NCBI GenBank assembly: GCA_009692615.1
Contig: SHYW01000004.1
Span: 8,273 to 72,272 of the forward strand
DNA from: Deltaproteobacteria bacterium
GTDB lineage: Bacteria > Desulfobacterota > Binatia > UBA9968
Reading direction: 5' to 3'
Length of the DNA stretch: 64,000 nt
The notes below the pieces were generated by a model. The model saw only the letters and a program-made list of their open reading frames with translations. It did not search any database and was not told the origin of the DNA. A program made the translations under genes and the position numbers. Below, piece by piece: positions 46,033 to 54,483 of this stretch (positions within the stretch are counted from its first letter, which is position 1; each line of letters begins with the position of its first letter).

Positions 46033-46497
46033 ATGCAGCAACTATCGACCGATCTGCGCGAGTTCATCCGCTTGCTGACCACGAAGAATGTTAGGTACGT
46101 TATCGTCGGCGCCTGGGCCCTCGCCTTTCACGGTCGGCCGCGCTACACGGGCGATCTTGATGTCTTTGTCGCGCGGGATGAGCAAAATGCTGACAATTTA
46201 ATCCAGGTTATCGATGCATTTGGATTTGCCCAACTCGGCATCAAACGTGAAGATTTTTTACAAGTGGATTACGTCATTCAACTCGGGCGAGAACCTAACC
46301 GTATAGATATTTTAACTGGAATCAGTGGTGTGACCTTCGAAGAAGCGTGGGCGAACCGAAATCAAGGCAACCTATCCGGGCTCCCAGCATTTTTCCTGAG
46401 TCGAGATCTCTTAATCAAGAATAAACGCGCAGCCAACCGGGACAAAGACCTCGGTGATATTAAACTCCTAGAAAAAACCCGACCCACCCGATCCTAA
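46033..46497 (+). CDS. Nucleotidyltransferase-fold protein (minimal NTase, AbiEii/MNT-like family)
   Basis: VRYVIVGAWALAFHGRPRYTGDLDVFV carries the G[SA]x9-13Dx[DE] NTase signature. A C-terminal fragment of a paralog lies at 51938-52093. Confidence 0.55.
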   Translation: MQQLSTDLREFIRLLTTKNVRYVIVGAWALAFHGRPRYTGDLDVFVARDEQNADNLIQVIDAFGFAQLGIKREDFLQVDYVIQLGREPNRIDILTGISGVTFEEAWANRNQGNLSGLPAFFLSRDLLIKNKRAANRDKDLGDIKLLEKTRPTRS

Positions 46498-46509
46498 GCA
46501 TTCAAAACA

Positions 46510-46540
46510 TTAGGTCGGGTTAGCAAGCGTAACCCGACAT
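46510..46540. repeat. REP-like hairpin (taggtcgggttagcaagcgtaacccgaca)
   Basis: Same family as 45676. It truncates the PIN remnant. Confidence 0.6.
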
Positions 46541-46559
46541 CCGCTCTACTCACTGACCA

Positions 46560-46782
46560 ACCGAGCCAGGTCACATCCTCAGTGGCGATGTCGAGCAAGA
46601 CGTTCGTATCGAAAAGGATTCCGCTCATTCCTCACCACGAGTGAGGGCCATCACGTCCGGCAGAGCGTCGCCCCGCGCCCGCTTGAGTCAGGCTTCGGCA
46701 GCCAGCGACGCGGCGAGTTCGTCCACTTGCGGTGTCGGTAAATGCTCAATAGCGGTTTCAATTTCAGCGATAGTGCTCATAG
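46560..46782 (-). pseudogene. Decayed toxin-antitoxin remnant: an antitoxin-like ORF with a premature stop, then a PIN-domain (VapC-like) N-terminal stub
   Basis: On the minus strand, MSTIAEIETAIEHLPTPQVDELAASLAAEA* resembles TIGR02574 addiction-module component N-termini. The ATGA-overlapping next ORF starts MSGILFDTNVLLDIATED (PIN signature) and is cut after ~25 aa by a REP copy. Confidence 0.45.
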
Positions 46783-46867
46783 GCAAAAGTCTAGCATCGC
46801 ATCGGAGAAACCGTCAACAAGCCCGGCCTCTGCGCCGCGATGTTGCATCGCGGTTAGCGCAGGCGTC

Positions 46868-46897
46868 GGCTTACGCTGCGCTAACCCGACCTACCGG
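46868..46897. repeat. REP-like half-site (ggcttacgctgcgctaacccgacctaccgg)
   Basis: Same family as 45676. Confidence 0.55.
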
Positions 46898-47412
46898 CTT
46901 TACTCTTCTACCAGCGTGATATTTACCAACCACTGATGCGCATCGCTGGCTTCTCCACGAGAGGTGGTGACAGCTAAACCGACAGCGGTGGCCGGCCCTT
47001 GCTCAAATGTCTCGTTGCCGTGGTTCGATGCATGGACTTTCCATTGTTGGGTGTGTATGCCCGTGCAGTTGAACAGCGTGCGGCCCTCTGCCACGGCCCC
47101 AGTTGAACGCTGAGTTACCGCCACTCGTAGAGACGCCCTCTCCCCCTTAGTGCACTCAATTGGCCCGGTCACAATGATATGGCGACCGTTGTCAGTCATA
47201 ATGGCGACCGGGTCGATGGTGTTATATGTAACCCTTGCGAAGACTAGAGATGCGCCCCCCCCGCAAAGGTCAGGACGATGGCAGCCGACATGAGACGGTT
47301 CATGCGCTTTTGGGTTGGTTGAGCAAACATGGTTAGTGTTCCATTCTGTCGATGTTGAAGTCGAACGTGTAGCGCCTTTATCGCCAACGGCTAGCGGTAG
47401 TCAAGAGCCGTA

Positions 47413-47453
47413 CCGTAGGTCGGTTATGCTGAACGCTAACCCGACCCACGACG
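47413..47453. repeat. REP-like hairpin (ccgtaggtcggttatgctgaacgctaacccgacccacgacgg)
   Basis: Same family as 45676. Confidence 0.6.
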
Positions 47454-47589
47454 GTGGGAGAGCAAGGCTGGTGTGCTCATCGACGAAAAAAAAGGGCGCA
47501 GCATGCTGCGCCCTTACAACCCTGATATTTGTTCCGACCCTTTGCGTACTTTGCGCCCCGATCGCCCTGAGCATCGTCGAAGGATGCGG

Positions 47590-47967
47590 CTAATTTTTCT
47601 TCTCTTCCACCGGCGCCGCGCCCTGCCAGTGGCCGACATCGACGATAATGCCCTCCGGCCCTTTATATTTATCTTCGTAGTAGGCTGTGCCGAGATTCAC
47701 CGCGCCAGCTTTTTCCGCGCCCGCCGCTTCTAACGCCTTAAACTACTCCTGATCGTTGTCCGTGGAGAAGCCGATGTGGTCGATGCCGGCTTGGCCGCCC
47801 GTACCGGCGGCGAGCGGAAGAACCGTGATGTTGACCGAACCGTCGCTCAGATCGATGGCGTTGTTCTTGCGCTTCTGGATCAACTTCATGCCCATGGCGT
47901 CGACAAAAAAATTAGCCATCGCGTCCACGTCCACCGCACGGTAAGCAATGTGTCTGATTTTAGCCAT
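47590..47967 (-). pseudogene. VOC/glyoxalase-family gene interrupted by an in-frame TAG (74 aa + 50 aa)
   Basis: MAKIRHIAYRAVDVDAMANFFVDAMGMKLIQ...GIDHIGFSTDNDQE*FKALEAAGAEKAGAVNLGTAYYEDKYKGPEGIIVDVGHWQGAAP. Both parts together make one complete ~125-aa VOC domain. A GGAGG RBS lies upstream of the Met at 47967. Confidence 0.5.
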
Positions 47968-48032
47968 GATCGGCCTCCAAAAAAATATTTGGCGTCTAAG
48001 GTTCAACTCTCGACGCTAGACTCGGAATAATT

Positions 48033-48536
48033 CTATCCGCCGTAGAAGACTTTGTCGCCCAAATCGCGCATCGCCAAGATCGCATCGTCAGGCCGCCCGG
48101 CTGGCGCCACAGCAACGCCGGCATCTTTCACTTCGCCGACAAAGATCGAGTGATCGCCCATCTCGACGGTGTTGACCAGCGTGCACTCAACGAACGCCGG
48201 CGCCTTCTCCAAGATCGGCGCGCCCAACGAACCTTTGCGGAACGCTTCGCCGCCAATCGTGTTGCCGTCCCGCTCAAGCGGTTTGAAAAAAGTAAAAGCC
48301 TGACCCTTCTGATCTTTGCCCAACATGTTGAGGGCAAAGACCTTCGACTCTTTGATCAGCGCGTGCGCACCCGAGTCGGTCTTCACAGCGACCACCACCA
48401 GCGGCGGCGCAAACGCCGTCTGGGTCACCCAGTTGACCGTCGAAGCGGCCACCTTGCCGTCTTTTCCTTCAGCGGTAAGAACGTAAATCCCGTAGGGGAT
48501 CATCCGCAACGCGGTTTTCTTCGCATCAGCATCCAT
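48033..48536 (-). CDS. flavin reductase family protein (FMN-binding split barrel)
   Basis: MIPYGIYVLTAEGKDGKVAASTVNWVTQTAFAPPLVVVAV matches the HpaC/NADH:flavin oxidoreductase motif. Confidence 0.85.
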   Translation of the reverse strand: MDADAKKTALRMIPYGIYVLTAEGKDGKVAASTVNWVTQTAFAPPLVVVAVKTDSGAHALIKESKVFALNMLGKDQKGQAFTFFKPLERDGNTIGGEAFRKGSLGAPILEKAPAFVECTLVNTVEMGDHSIFVGEVKDAGVAVAPAGRPDDAILAMRDLGDKVFYGG

Positions 48537-48646
48537 AATTTTATCCTTTCAATTTCGATCTGCCGAATCGGCGAAGCGATTCTATGGGAGAGTAACCGAT
48601 TGCGCAAGCGCAAGCCGCGTCATGTCGCATTTTGAACCTTCGAATT

Positions 48647-48735
48647 CCCTCGCCCTCTGGGAGAGGGCTAGGGTGAGGGCGTACGAAAAATTCAAACCCT
48701 CACCCCCCGCCCTCTCCCATCGGAATGGGCGAGGG
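48647..48735. repeat. ~90-bp palindromic REP/BIME-like element (ccctcgccctctgggagagggctagggtgaggg ... ccctcacccc...ccctctcccatcggaatgggcgaggg)
   Basis: Two inverted arms around cgtacgaaaaattcaaa. Family copies at 15525, 60951, 27597 and 62709. Confidence 0.7.
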
Positions 48736-48770
48736 AGCCGGGAAAAGCATCGCTGGCTGGTTCTATTGGC

Positions 48771-49328
48771 CTACAAACGAAACGCCACGGTGGCGAAAAC
48801 ATTACCGTTGACCTCGAAGCTCCCGACATCGGTCATCCCCAAACCCGCGACGTGGGCATCCATCGAGTGTTGGTTGGCGCGTGCGATCAGCGCGACGCCG
48901 ACTTCGAACCGCCCTGCCAGGTCTCGTTTCTGCGCTTCGAACAAGCCGCGCAAAAGTCCTTGGCGCCGATGAACGCGGTCGATGCACACCGGACCGTAGG
49001 CATAGGATTTGTAAGTATTGAGCAGCTGGCCGTCAAAGCGCAGGCGATCGTAGGATTCGATCATCTTGGCGACCACGGGCGAACCATGGTTGAATTCGTT
49101 GCGAAAGGCGCAGAGAAATCCGGCGAGCTGGCCATCGACAATCGCCACCGTCGTGCCCAAATCTTCCGCCATGGCGGCGGTCTGATCCAACGTAAATACC
49201 GCCGAGAGAAATCCATCCGCGCGCTCATCGGCGGCAAGATTGGTGATGAAGTTGGCGGCGTTGAGCTGCACGATGGCCGGATAATCCGCCGGCAACGCGC
49301 GGCGATAATCAGTAGCACCCATAATCAT
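48771..49328 (-). CDS. GNAT family N-acetyltransferase
   Basis: Acetyl-CoA-binding core ...RRQGLLRGLFEAQ... (Q/RxxGxG/A-like). The start was trimmed to the Met at 49328. Confidence 0.75.
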   Translation of the reverse strand: MIMGATDYRRALPADYPAIVQLNAANFITNLAADERADGFLSAVFTLDQTAAMAEDLGTTVAIVDGQLAGFLCAFRNEFNHGSPVVAKMIESYDRLRFDGQLLNTYKSYAYGPVCIDRVHRRQGLLRGLFEAQKRDLAGRFEVGVALIARANQHSMDAHVAGLGMTDVGSFEVNGNVFATVAFRL

Positions 49329-49705
49329 CTCGCTCGGAACAAAGCTATCAGCCAAAACACCGCACCGTAGGCGACTCCGGTAATCAGGGGTAATGCCCAC
49401 TGCATGACTTGAAAGACAACGCGGCCATTCGCCTCGACAGTATTTCTACTATTGAACACGATGTCCCAAATTGACTGGATACAGTAAGCTACAATACCCG
49501 AAACAATACATGAGAGCAGCGTCCATCCGAAAATAGATCGGCATAACAGAAATACCGGCACAGGGATAAATAGAACCCAGTAATCAAATGACAGCGCACC
49601 TATCCCGTCAGAAAAGCTGAAGCAAACAAGGGCTAACGAACTAGAAATAATCAAAGCCAGTAGCGGTGACATTACAAACGCTAGTATGATTCGAATCCAG
49701 GTCAT
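49325..49705 (-). CDS. Hypothetical small membrane protein
   Basis: 126 aa with 4 TM helices. It overlaps the GNAT start by 4 nt. Confidence 0.45.
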   Translation of the reverse strand: MTWIRIILAFVMSPLLALIISSSLALVCFSFSDGIGALSFDYWVLFIPVPVFLLCRSIFGWTLLSCIVSGIVAYCIQSIWDIVFNSRNTVEANGRVVFQVMQWALPLITGVAYGAVFWLIALFRAR

Positions 49706-49754
49706 TACCTTCTCCAGAAATACTCGCGTGAACTCAGGAGCAATCACTCCATGA

Positions 49755-50102
49755 CTACGCCGCGTCATCAGGCGGTCCCTGCCGTGAACGCCTACCGACC
49801 GCCGCGGTAAAACTTGGCCGCTTCGGTATCGGCATCGCCAACGCGCCGCCATAGGGCCCGCCGTTCCACCAGCCGCTTTCGCGCAGATACCATTCCGCCT
49901 CGGCCTGAAACTTCCTCGCTTTCCCGCCGGCACCGCGCCGCCTGTAACAATCGGCCAAGCGCCAGCAACGATCGCCGAGATAATAGCAAACATCTGCGTT
50001 GGGTTCGCCGCTCCTGCCGGCTTTAGCGATGACTAAAAGCAAGTGAGCCACCATGATATCGATCCATAACCGTAGAGCCGTCGAAAGTTCTTTCATACGC
50101 AC
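49755..50102 (-). CDS. Hypothetical Cys/Trp/Arg-rich small protein
   Basis: ORF with motifs CYYLGDRCWRLADCY and WYLRESGWWNGG. It sits between two membrane-protein genes on the same strand. No family recognised. Confidence 0.3.
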   Translation of the reverse strand: MRMKELSTALRLWIDIMVAHLLLVIAKAGRSGEPNADVCYYLGDRCWRLADCYRRRGAGGKARKFQAEAEWYLRESGWWNGGPYGGALAMPIPKRPSFTAAVGRRSRQGPPDDAA

Positions 50103-50129
50103 TCCTACGTCCCAGCTATCCCAACTAAA

Positions 50130-50639
50130 TTATTTCGGAACGGGCCGCTCCGGCGAACCCTCGCCAGTCCCACCGCTGAACCACTTAAATAGCTCCGCGC
50201 ATAAGCCACCGAGCAGGCCGGCGGGGATCAGTGCGGCAAGTGACAAACCGATGAACCATTCGGGCATATCGCTTTCCTTGGCGATGAGCTGCATGAATAG
50301 GCCGAACAGCACCGACCCGACGGCGACCAAGCCGCCATGTTTCATCTCAAGCACTCCCGCCTTATAAGCCGCGTAAAAACCGCCGATTGCCGTACCCAAG
50401 CAACCGAGCAGCAGACTCGCCAACAAACCTTCGCTGGTGAGTAAATAGGCGGCCATCGCTTGCTCATTGGTCGCTGCCCCCTTGCCGATAGCAAAGGCAA
50501 AGTAGAGTTCGAACAAGACATAGCTTGAGATGGTGTCGAGCATCACGCCGGTGACCACTGGGCGTAGTTGAATGCCGGTGAAAAAGCCAGTGGGTTCGAT
50601 GGCGGCGGGGGCTTCGGATTGGCGCGGATCGTATTGCAT
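50130..50639 (-). CDS. Hypothetical integral membrane protein
   Basis: 169 aa with 4-5 TM helices. Confidence 0.45.
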   Translation of the reverse strand: MQYDPRQSEAPAAIEPTGFFTGIQLRPVVTGVMLDTISSYVLFELYFAFAIGKGAATNEQAMAAYLLTSEGLLASLLLGCLGTAIGGFYAAYKAGVLEMKHGGLVAVGSVLFGLFMQLIAKESDMPEWFIGLSLAALIPAGLLGGLCAELFKWFSGGTGEGSPERPVPK

Positions 50640-50800
50640 GAGGTGCTAGTTCTTTCTGCGATCGAGGTTGCGATTAAATGATTGCGCGGTCCGACCGATA
50701 TTCTGAATTAGGAAGCAGCATGATGTCATCGGCAAAAATCCTCAAGCCCGATACGCCGCCCAAACGACGCGCGCCGCACTTCCCGGCGCTGCGTTCTCGA

Positions 50801-51214
50801 CTACGCCTTTGGCTGTTTCCAGCGCGGCACCTTCTTGCGATTTGGCATGCCGTCGCCAAGCAGCGTCCGGCCGCCGAGCGGAAACTTTTTCGGCGGCACC
50901 GCGCCTAGGATCATAAAGACCACGTCTTTTTTCGAATCGTTGCCGATGGCGCACCAGACAGTGGCCGCCACCCGCACCGCCGTTCCCTCCGGCATTTTGA
51001 TCCGTTTACCGTTGAGTATTATCGTGCCGTCGCCTTTGAGGGCGATGAAAACTTCTTCCTGAACCTTGTGGCGGTGCACGTAGGTCGCGCCCTGGCCGGG
51101 CTTGATGCGCACGTAACTAAAGCCCACGCCTTTGCAGCCCATGGGTCTGGAAAGAAATTCCTTCTCGACCACTTTGCCGATGGGCATGAAGATCTTGCTG
51201 TAACCGGTTGCCAT
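50801..51214 (-). CDS. cupin domain protein
   Basis: GATYVHRHKVQEEVFIALKGDGTI...GTAVRV matches cupin motifs 1 and 2. Confidence 0.75.
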   Translation of the reverse strand: MATGYSKIFMPIGKVVEKEFLSRPMGCKGVGFSYVRIKPGQGATYVHRHKVQEEVFIALKGDGTIILNGKRIKMPEGTAVRVAATVWCAIGNDSKKDVVFMILGAVPPKKFPLGGRTLLGDGMPNRKKVPRWKQPKA

Positions 51215-51313
51215 ACTTCCTCCTCGCCCGCGATATTGTCGGCGCGGTTGACTTGCACCCGACTATCAGGAAAATAACTTTTCACAGGGGCGAAAGGCAA
51301 CCGATCCCGCGAA

Positions 51314-51751
51314 ATGTTTCATCGCTACGACTACGAAGCGGAGTTTTACCCGGACTTGAGCCGCTTGCCGCTCGATTTGCGCCGCAAGCTCGATGTCACC
51401 GGCGTCAAGCTTGGGCTCAAAGATTGGCTGGCGCTGAGCTTCGAAGAGCGCAGCGTGCTTTGCCATCTGCCCTGCGACAACGCGGAAGAATGTCAAGTCT
51501 TCGCCAACTATCTCGACTTTCTGTCGCACAAATATCGCAATGAACCAATCAGCCGCATCGCGCCCAGCGATCCTGCGCTGTGGAGTGAATTATCGGTGCC
51601 GCATGCGGTACGCGAACGGAGCGACGCCGTCACCGTCGATCGCTGGCGCGGCTGGCCGTCTCATGATCGCTATGCGCTCTACAAAACCGCAACATCCAAA
51701 AGCCAACCCGATGCCTTCGAGCTGGTCTTGAAGCAACTCTCTGGCAACTAA
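51314..51751 (+). CDS. nitrate reductase-associated protein (TIGR02664 family)
   Basis: MFHRYDYEAEFYPDLSRLPLDLRRKLDVTGVKLGLKDWLALSFEERSVLCHLP matches the N-terminal signature of that family. Confidence 0.55.
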   Translation: MFHRYDYEAEFYPDLSRLPLDLRRKLDVTGVKLGLKDWLALSFEERSVLCHLPCDNAEECQVFANYLDFLSHKYRNEPISRIAPSDPALWSELSVPHAVRERSDAVTVDRWRGWPSHDRYALYKTATSKSQPDAFELVLKQLSGN

Positions 51752-51937
51752 CGCCTACCAACTAAAAACTGCCGTGAAATCCAACGACACGCTGCTCTGG
51801 CGCATCGTTCCCTGCGATCTCAAACGTGTTAATTTAGCGCCGCGACAATCCGGTCTTCAGCGAACCGGACTACAATGCCGAAGTGTGACTAAAAAGGCGT
51901 GAGAAAATTTCGAGAATTGTCGCTGGGGAATTGCTAT

Positions 51938-52093
51938 AGTAAGCTCACTTGGTCGCAGCGAGTCGATTCAAAATTTGCCGATCAACCAGTCTGCGTGCTG
52001 TCTAGAGAACTCTTGATCAAAAACAAGCTGACAGCGGCAAGACCGCAGGACCTAGCCGATGTCGAAAGATTAAAAAGAAAAATCACCTCATAA
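51938..52093 (+). pseudogene. C-terminal fragment of a nucleotidyltransferase-family gene (paralog of 46033-46497)
   Basis: ...VCVLSRELLIKNKLTAARPQDLADVERLKRKI aligns to the tail of 46033-46497 (...AFFLSRDLLIKNKRAANRDKDLGDIKLLEK). No NTase N-terminal domain is present. Confidence 0.5.
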
Positions 52094-52107
52094 CGAAAGA
52101 CTGACCT

Positions 52108-52551
52108 TTGTCGCTAACGATTTTTTTCATAATGGTCGCCGCGGCCGCACTGAGCGGCGCACAATTTGGTCCAGGCCCATGGTACATGGCGTTGCACAAA
52201 CCCGCTTGGACTCCACCGAACTGGCTCTTCGCACCGGTTTGGACGGCGCTGTATATCGCCATTGCCGTTGCCGGTTGGTCTCTGTGGCGTTCCAAAGCTA
52301 TTAGCATCACCAAACCCATCCTGATTTGGTTACTGCAGTTGATTCTAAACGCTCTCTGGTCATGGCTCTTCTTTGGACTGCACCGCCCAGATCTCGCATT
52401 GATCGATATCATCGCGTTGCTGGCGGCGATCTGCTGCTTTATCGCGACGGCCCACAAAGCTAGCCAAACCGCCGCGTGGCTATTTCTTCCCTATGCCCTT
52501 TGGGTGGCAATTGCCGCGGCGCTAAATTTGGCGATCTGGCGGCTGAACTAA
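52108..52551 (+). CDS. tspO: TspO/MBR family tryptophan-rich sensory protein
   Basis: Five TM helices with the WxPPxWxFxxVWxxLY signature (WTPPNWLFAPVWTALY). Confidence 0.9.
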   Translation: MSLTIFFIMVAAAALSGAQFGPGPWYMALHKPAWTPPNWLFAPVWTALYIAIAVAGWSLWRSKAISITKPILIWLLQLILNALWSWLFFGLHRPDLALIDIIALLAAICCFIATAHKASQTAAWLFLPYALWVAIAAALNLAIWRLN

Positions 52552-52584
52552 CAAACATTCAGTGACACATGGCAGAGGTTTCAA

Positions 52585-53733
52585 ATGACTGAAATGCTTT
52601 TCCCGCGCTTCTCGGAAACTGAATACGGGCGCCGTTACGACGCCATCCGCGATGCCATGAAAAGAGAAAACCTCGACGCACTGTTGATCTCCGGTGCGCG
52701 CGGCTCGTCGGAGGTCGCCTATCTCTCGAACTACCAAGCGCAGTCGCCCTGCTGGATGATATTTCCGCGCGAAGGCGATGCCACGGTCTTGATCCATTAT
52801 TTCAATCATCAACCTTGCGCCAAAGCGCAGTCGATCGTCGACGATGTCCGATGGTACGGGCCGACGCCGATGCCGACGTTGGTCGAAGAGATTCGCAAGC
52901 GCGGACTGAGCAAAAGCAAAATCGGCCTGGTCAGCATGCGCGCCATGGCGTACGGCAGCGTGACCGAATTGCTGCGCCAGTTTCCAGAAGCGGATTTCGT
53001 CGAGTTCGGCCCGCAGTTCGGCAGAATACGCCGCGTGCGCAGCGAAGCAGAGCTGGTCTATCTTCGCAAAAGCGGCTATCTCACCGACCTCGCTTGCGAA
53101 GCGTTGGAAAACAACCTACGGCCCGGCCTGACGGAACAAGATGTTCTCTCGATCGTCTACAACGCCTACGTGAAAAACGGCGGCGATCCGGGCATCCACT
53201 TCATCGCGTCAACGAACATGGACAACCCCGACCGCTTCGTCCCCTGGCAGCGTCAGACATCACGCGTGCTCGAAAAAGGTAGCATCGTCATCACCGAACT
53301 CACCGTCAGTTACTGGGGCTACTCGACGCAAATCCATCGCCCCTTCGCGATCGGCAAAGAACCTGCGCCGATTTACCGCAAACTCTTCGACGCCGCCTAC
53401 GAATGCTACGAAAGCGTGCGCAAAGTTTGCAAACCCGGCACCACTAGCGAACAGATCGTCGCGGCAACATCAGCCATCGAAGATAACGGATTCACCAGCT
53501 ATGACAGCGTCTTTCACGGCGAAGCCGGTAAATCTCCCGAGCTTGGCACGAAATCAGCAACTCATCCGCTAGAAAAATGGACGCTCGAAGAAAACATGGT
53601 TCATGTCATTCAACCCAATCCGGTCACCAAAGATTTTACGGCGGGCTTGCAGCTCGGCGCCGCCGTCGTGGTAAAACCGAATGGCGGCGAGGCGCTGCAC
53701 GACTATCCGTTTAAATTTTCCGTATGCGGGTGA
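52585..53733 (+). CDS. M24 family metallopeptidase (creatinase/prolidase-like)
   Basis: A creatinase-N domain plus a pita-bread C-terminal domain. Second M24 paralog in the window. Confidence 0.8.
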   Translation: MTEMLFPRFSETEYGRRYDAIRDAMKRENLDALLISGARGSSEVAYLSNYQAQSPCWMIFPREGDATVLIHYFNHQPCAKAQSIVDDVRWYGPTPMPTLVEEIRKRGLSKSKIGLVSMRAMAYGSVTELLRQFPEADFVEFGPQFGRIRRVRSEAELVYLRKSGYLTDLACEALENNLRPGLTEQDVLSIVYNAYVKNGGDPGIHFIASTNMDNPDRFVPWQRQTSRVLEKGSIVITELTVSYWGYSTQIHRPFAIGKEPAPIYRKLFDAAYECYESVRKVCKPGTTSEQIVAATSAIEDNGFTSYDSVFHGEAGKSPELGTKSATHPLEKWTLEENMVHVIQPNPVTKDFTAGLQLGAAVVVKPNGGEALHDYPFKFSVCG

Positions 53734-53755
53734 AATCGATTTATGAAAAAACGTA

Positions 53756-54400
53756 ATGACTGAACCAACCGTCGAAATTCTCGCCTTCGACGTTTTCGGC
53801 GCCGTCGTCGATTGGCGCTCAAGCGTAATCGCCGAAATCGAACAGCTCGCCAAAGCCAAAGGTCTCGACATCGACTGTGCCGCCTTCGCTGACGCTTGGC
53901 GGGCGATTTATCGGCCCTACATGGACAAAGTGCAGAACGGCGAACTGCCGTGGACGAAGTTGGACGATCTCCATCGCATGATGCTCGCCGAGACGCTGAA
54001 AAAGTTCGACATACTGAAACTCAGCGATGACGAGAAAGAAAATCTCAATCGCGTCTGGCATCGGCTCAACCCCTGGCCGGATTCCGTGCCGGGACTGCAA
54101 CGGCTGAAATCGAGATTCGTCATCACGACGCTGTCCAACGGTAATATTTCGCTATTAACAAACATGGCCAAACACGCCGGCCTGCCGTGGGATTGCATCC
54201 TATCGGCGGAAAACGTGCGCCGCTACAAACCGGCGCCGGAAGTCTATCTATTACCGCTCCGACTCTTCGATCTCAAACCCGAAGAGGTCATGATGGTCGC
54301 CGCGCATGAACATGATCTGCAATCCGCGAGTAAACATGGACTGCGCACGGCATATGTACATCGGCGGATGGACCGTGGACAGGGAAAAGAATCGGCCTAG
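53756..54400 (+). CDS. HAD-like hydrolase, haloacid dehalogenase type II-like
   Basis: LAFDVFGAVVDW motif I, a cap, and RYKPAPEVY...MVAAHEHDLQSASKHGLRTAYV. Confidence 0.7.
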   Translation: MTEPTVEILAFDVFGAVVDWRSSVIAEIEQLAKAKGLDIDCAAFADAWRAIYRPYMDKVQNGELPWTKLDDLHRMMLAETLKKFDILKLSDDEKENLNRVWHRLNPWPDSVPGLQRLKSRFVITTLSNGNISLLTNMAKHAGLPWDCILSAENVRRYKPAPEVYLLPLRLFDLKPEEVMMVAAHEHDLQSASKHGLRTAYVHRRMDRGQGKESA

Positions 54401-54483
54401 CCCCCGGCAGGAAGATTCGACATCTTAACCGCTGACTTTTTAGATCTTGCCAAGCAACTTGGCGTTTAACCGAAGGAGCTATC

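Noticed and set aside
45903-46094. 63-aa acidic ORF overlapping the start of the nucleotidyltransferase gene, as an antitoxin partner
   Set aside because: It is plausible positionally (61-nt overlap), but the sequence (MEKIVRKFRSFDAQEEAEYEEYRHLSGDEKLQ…) has no recognisable family. It is mentioned only in the findings, not as a feature.
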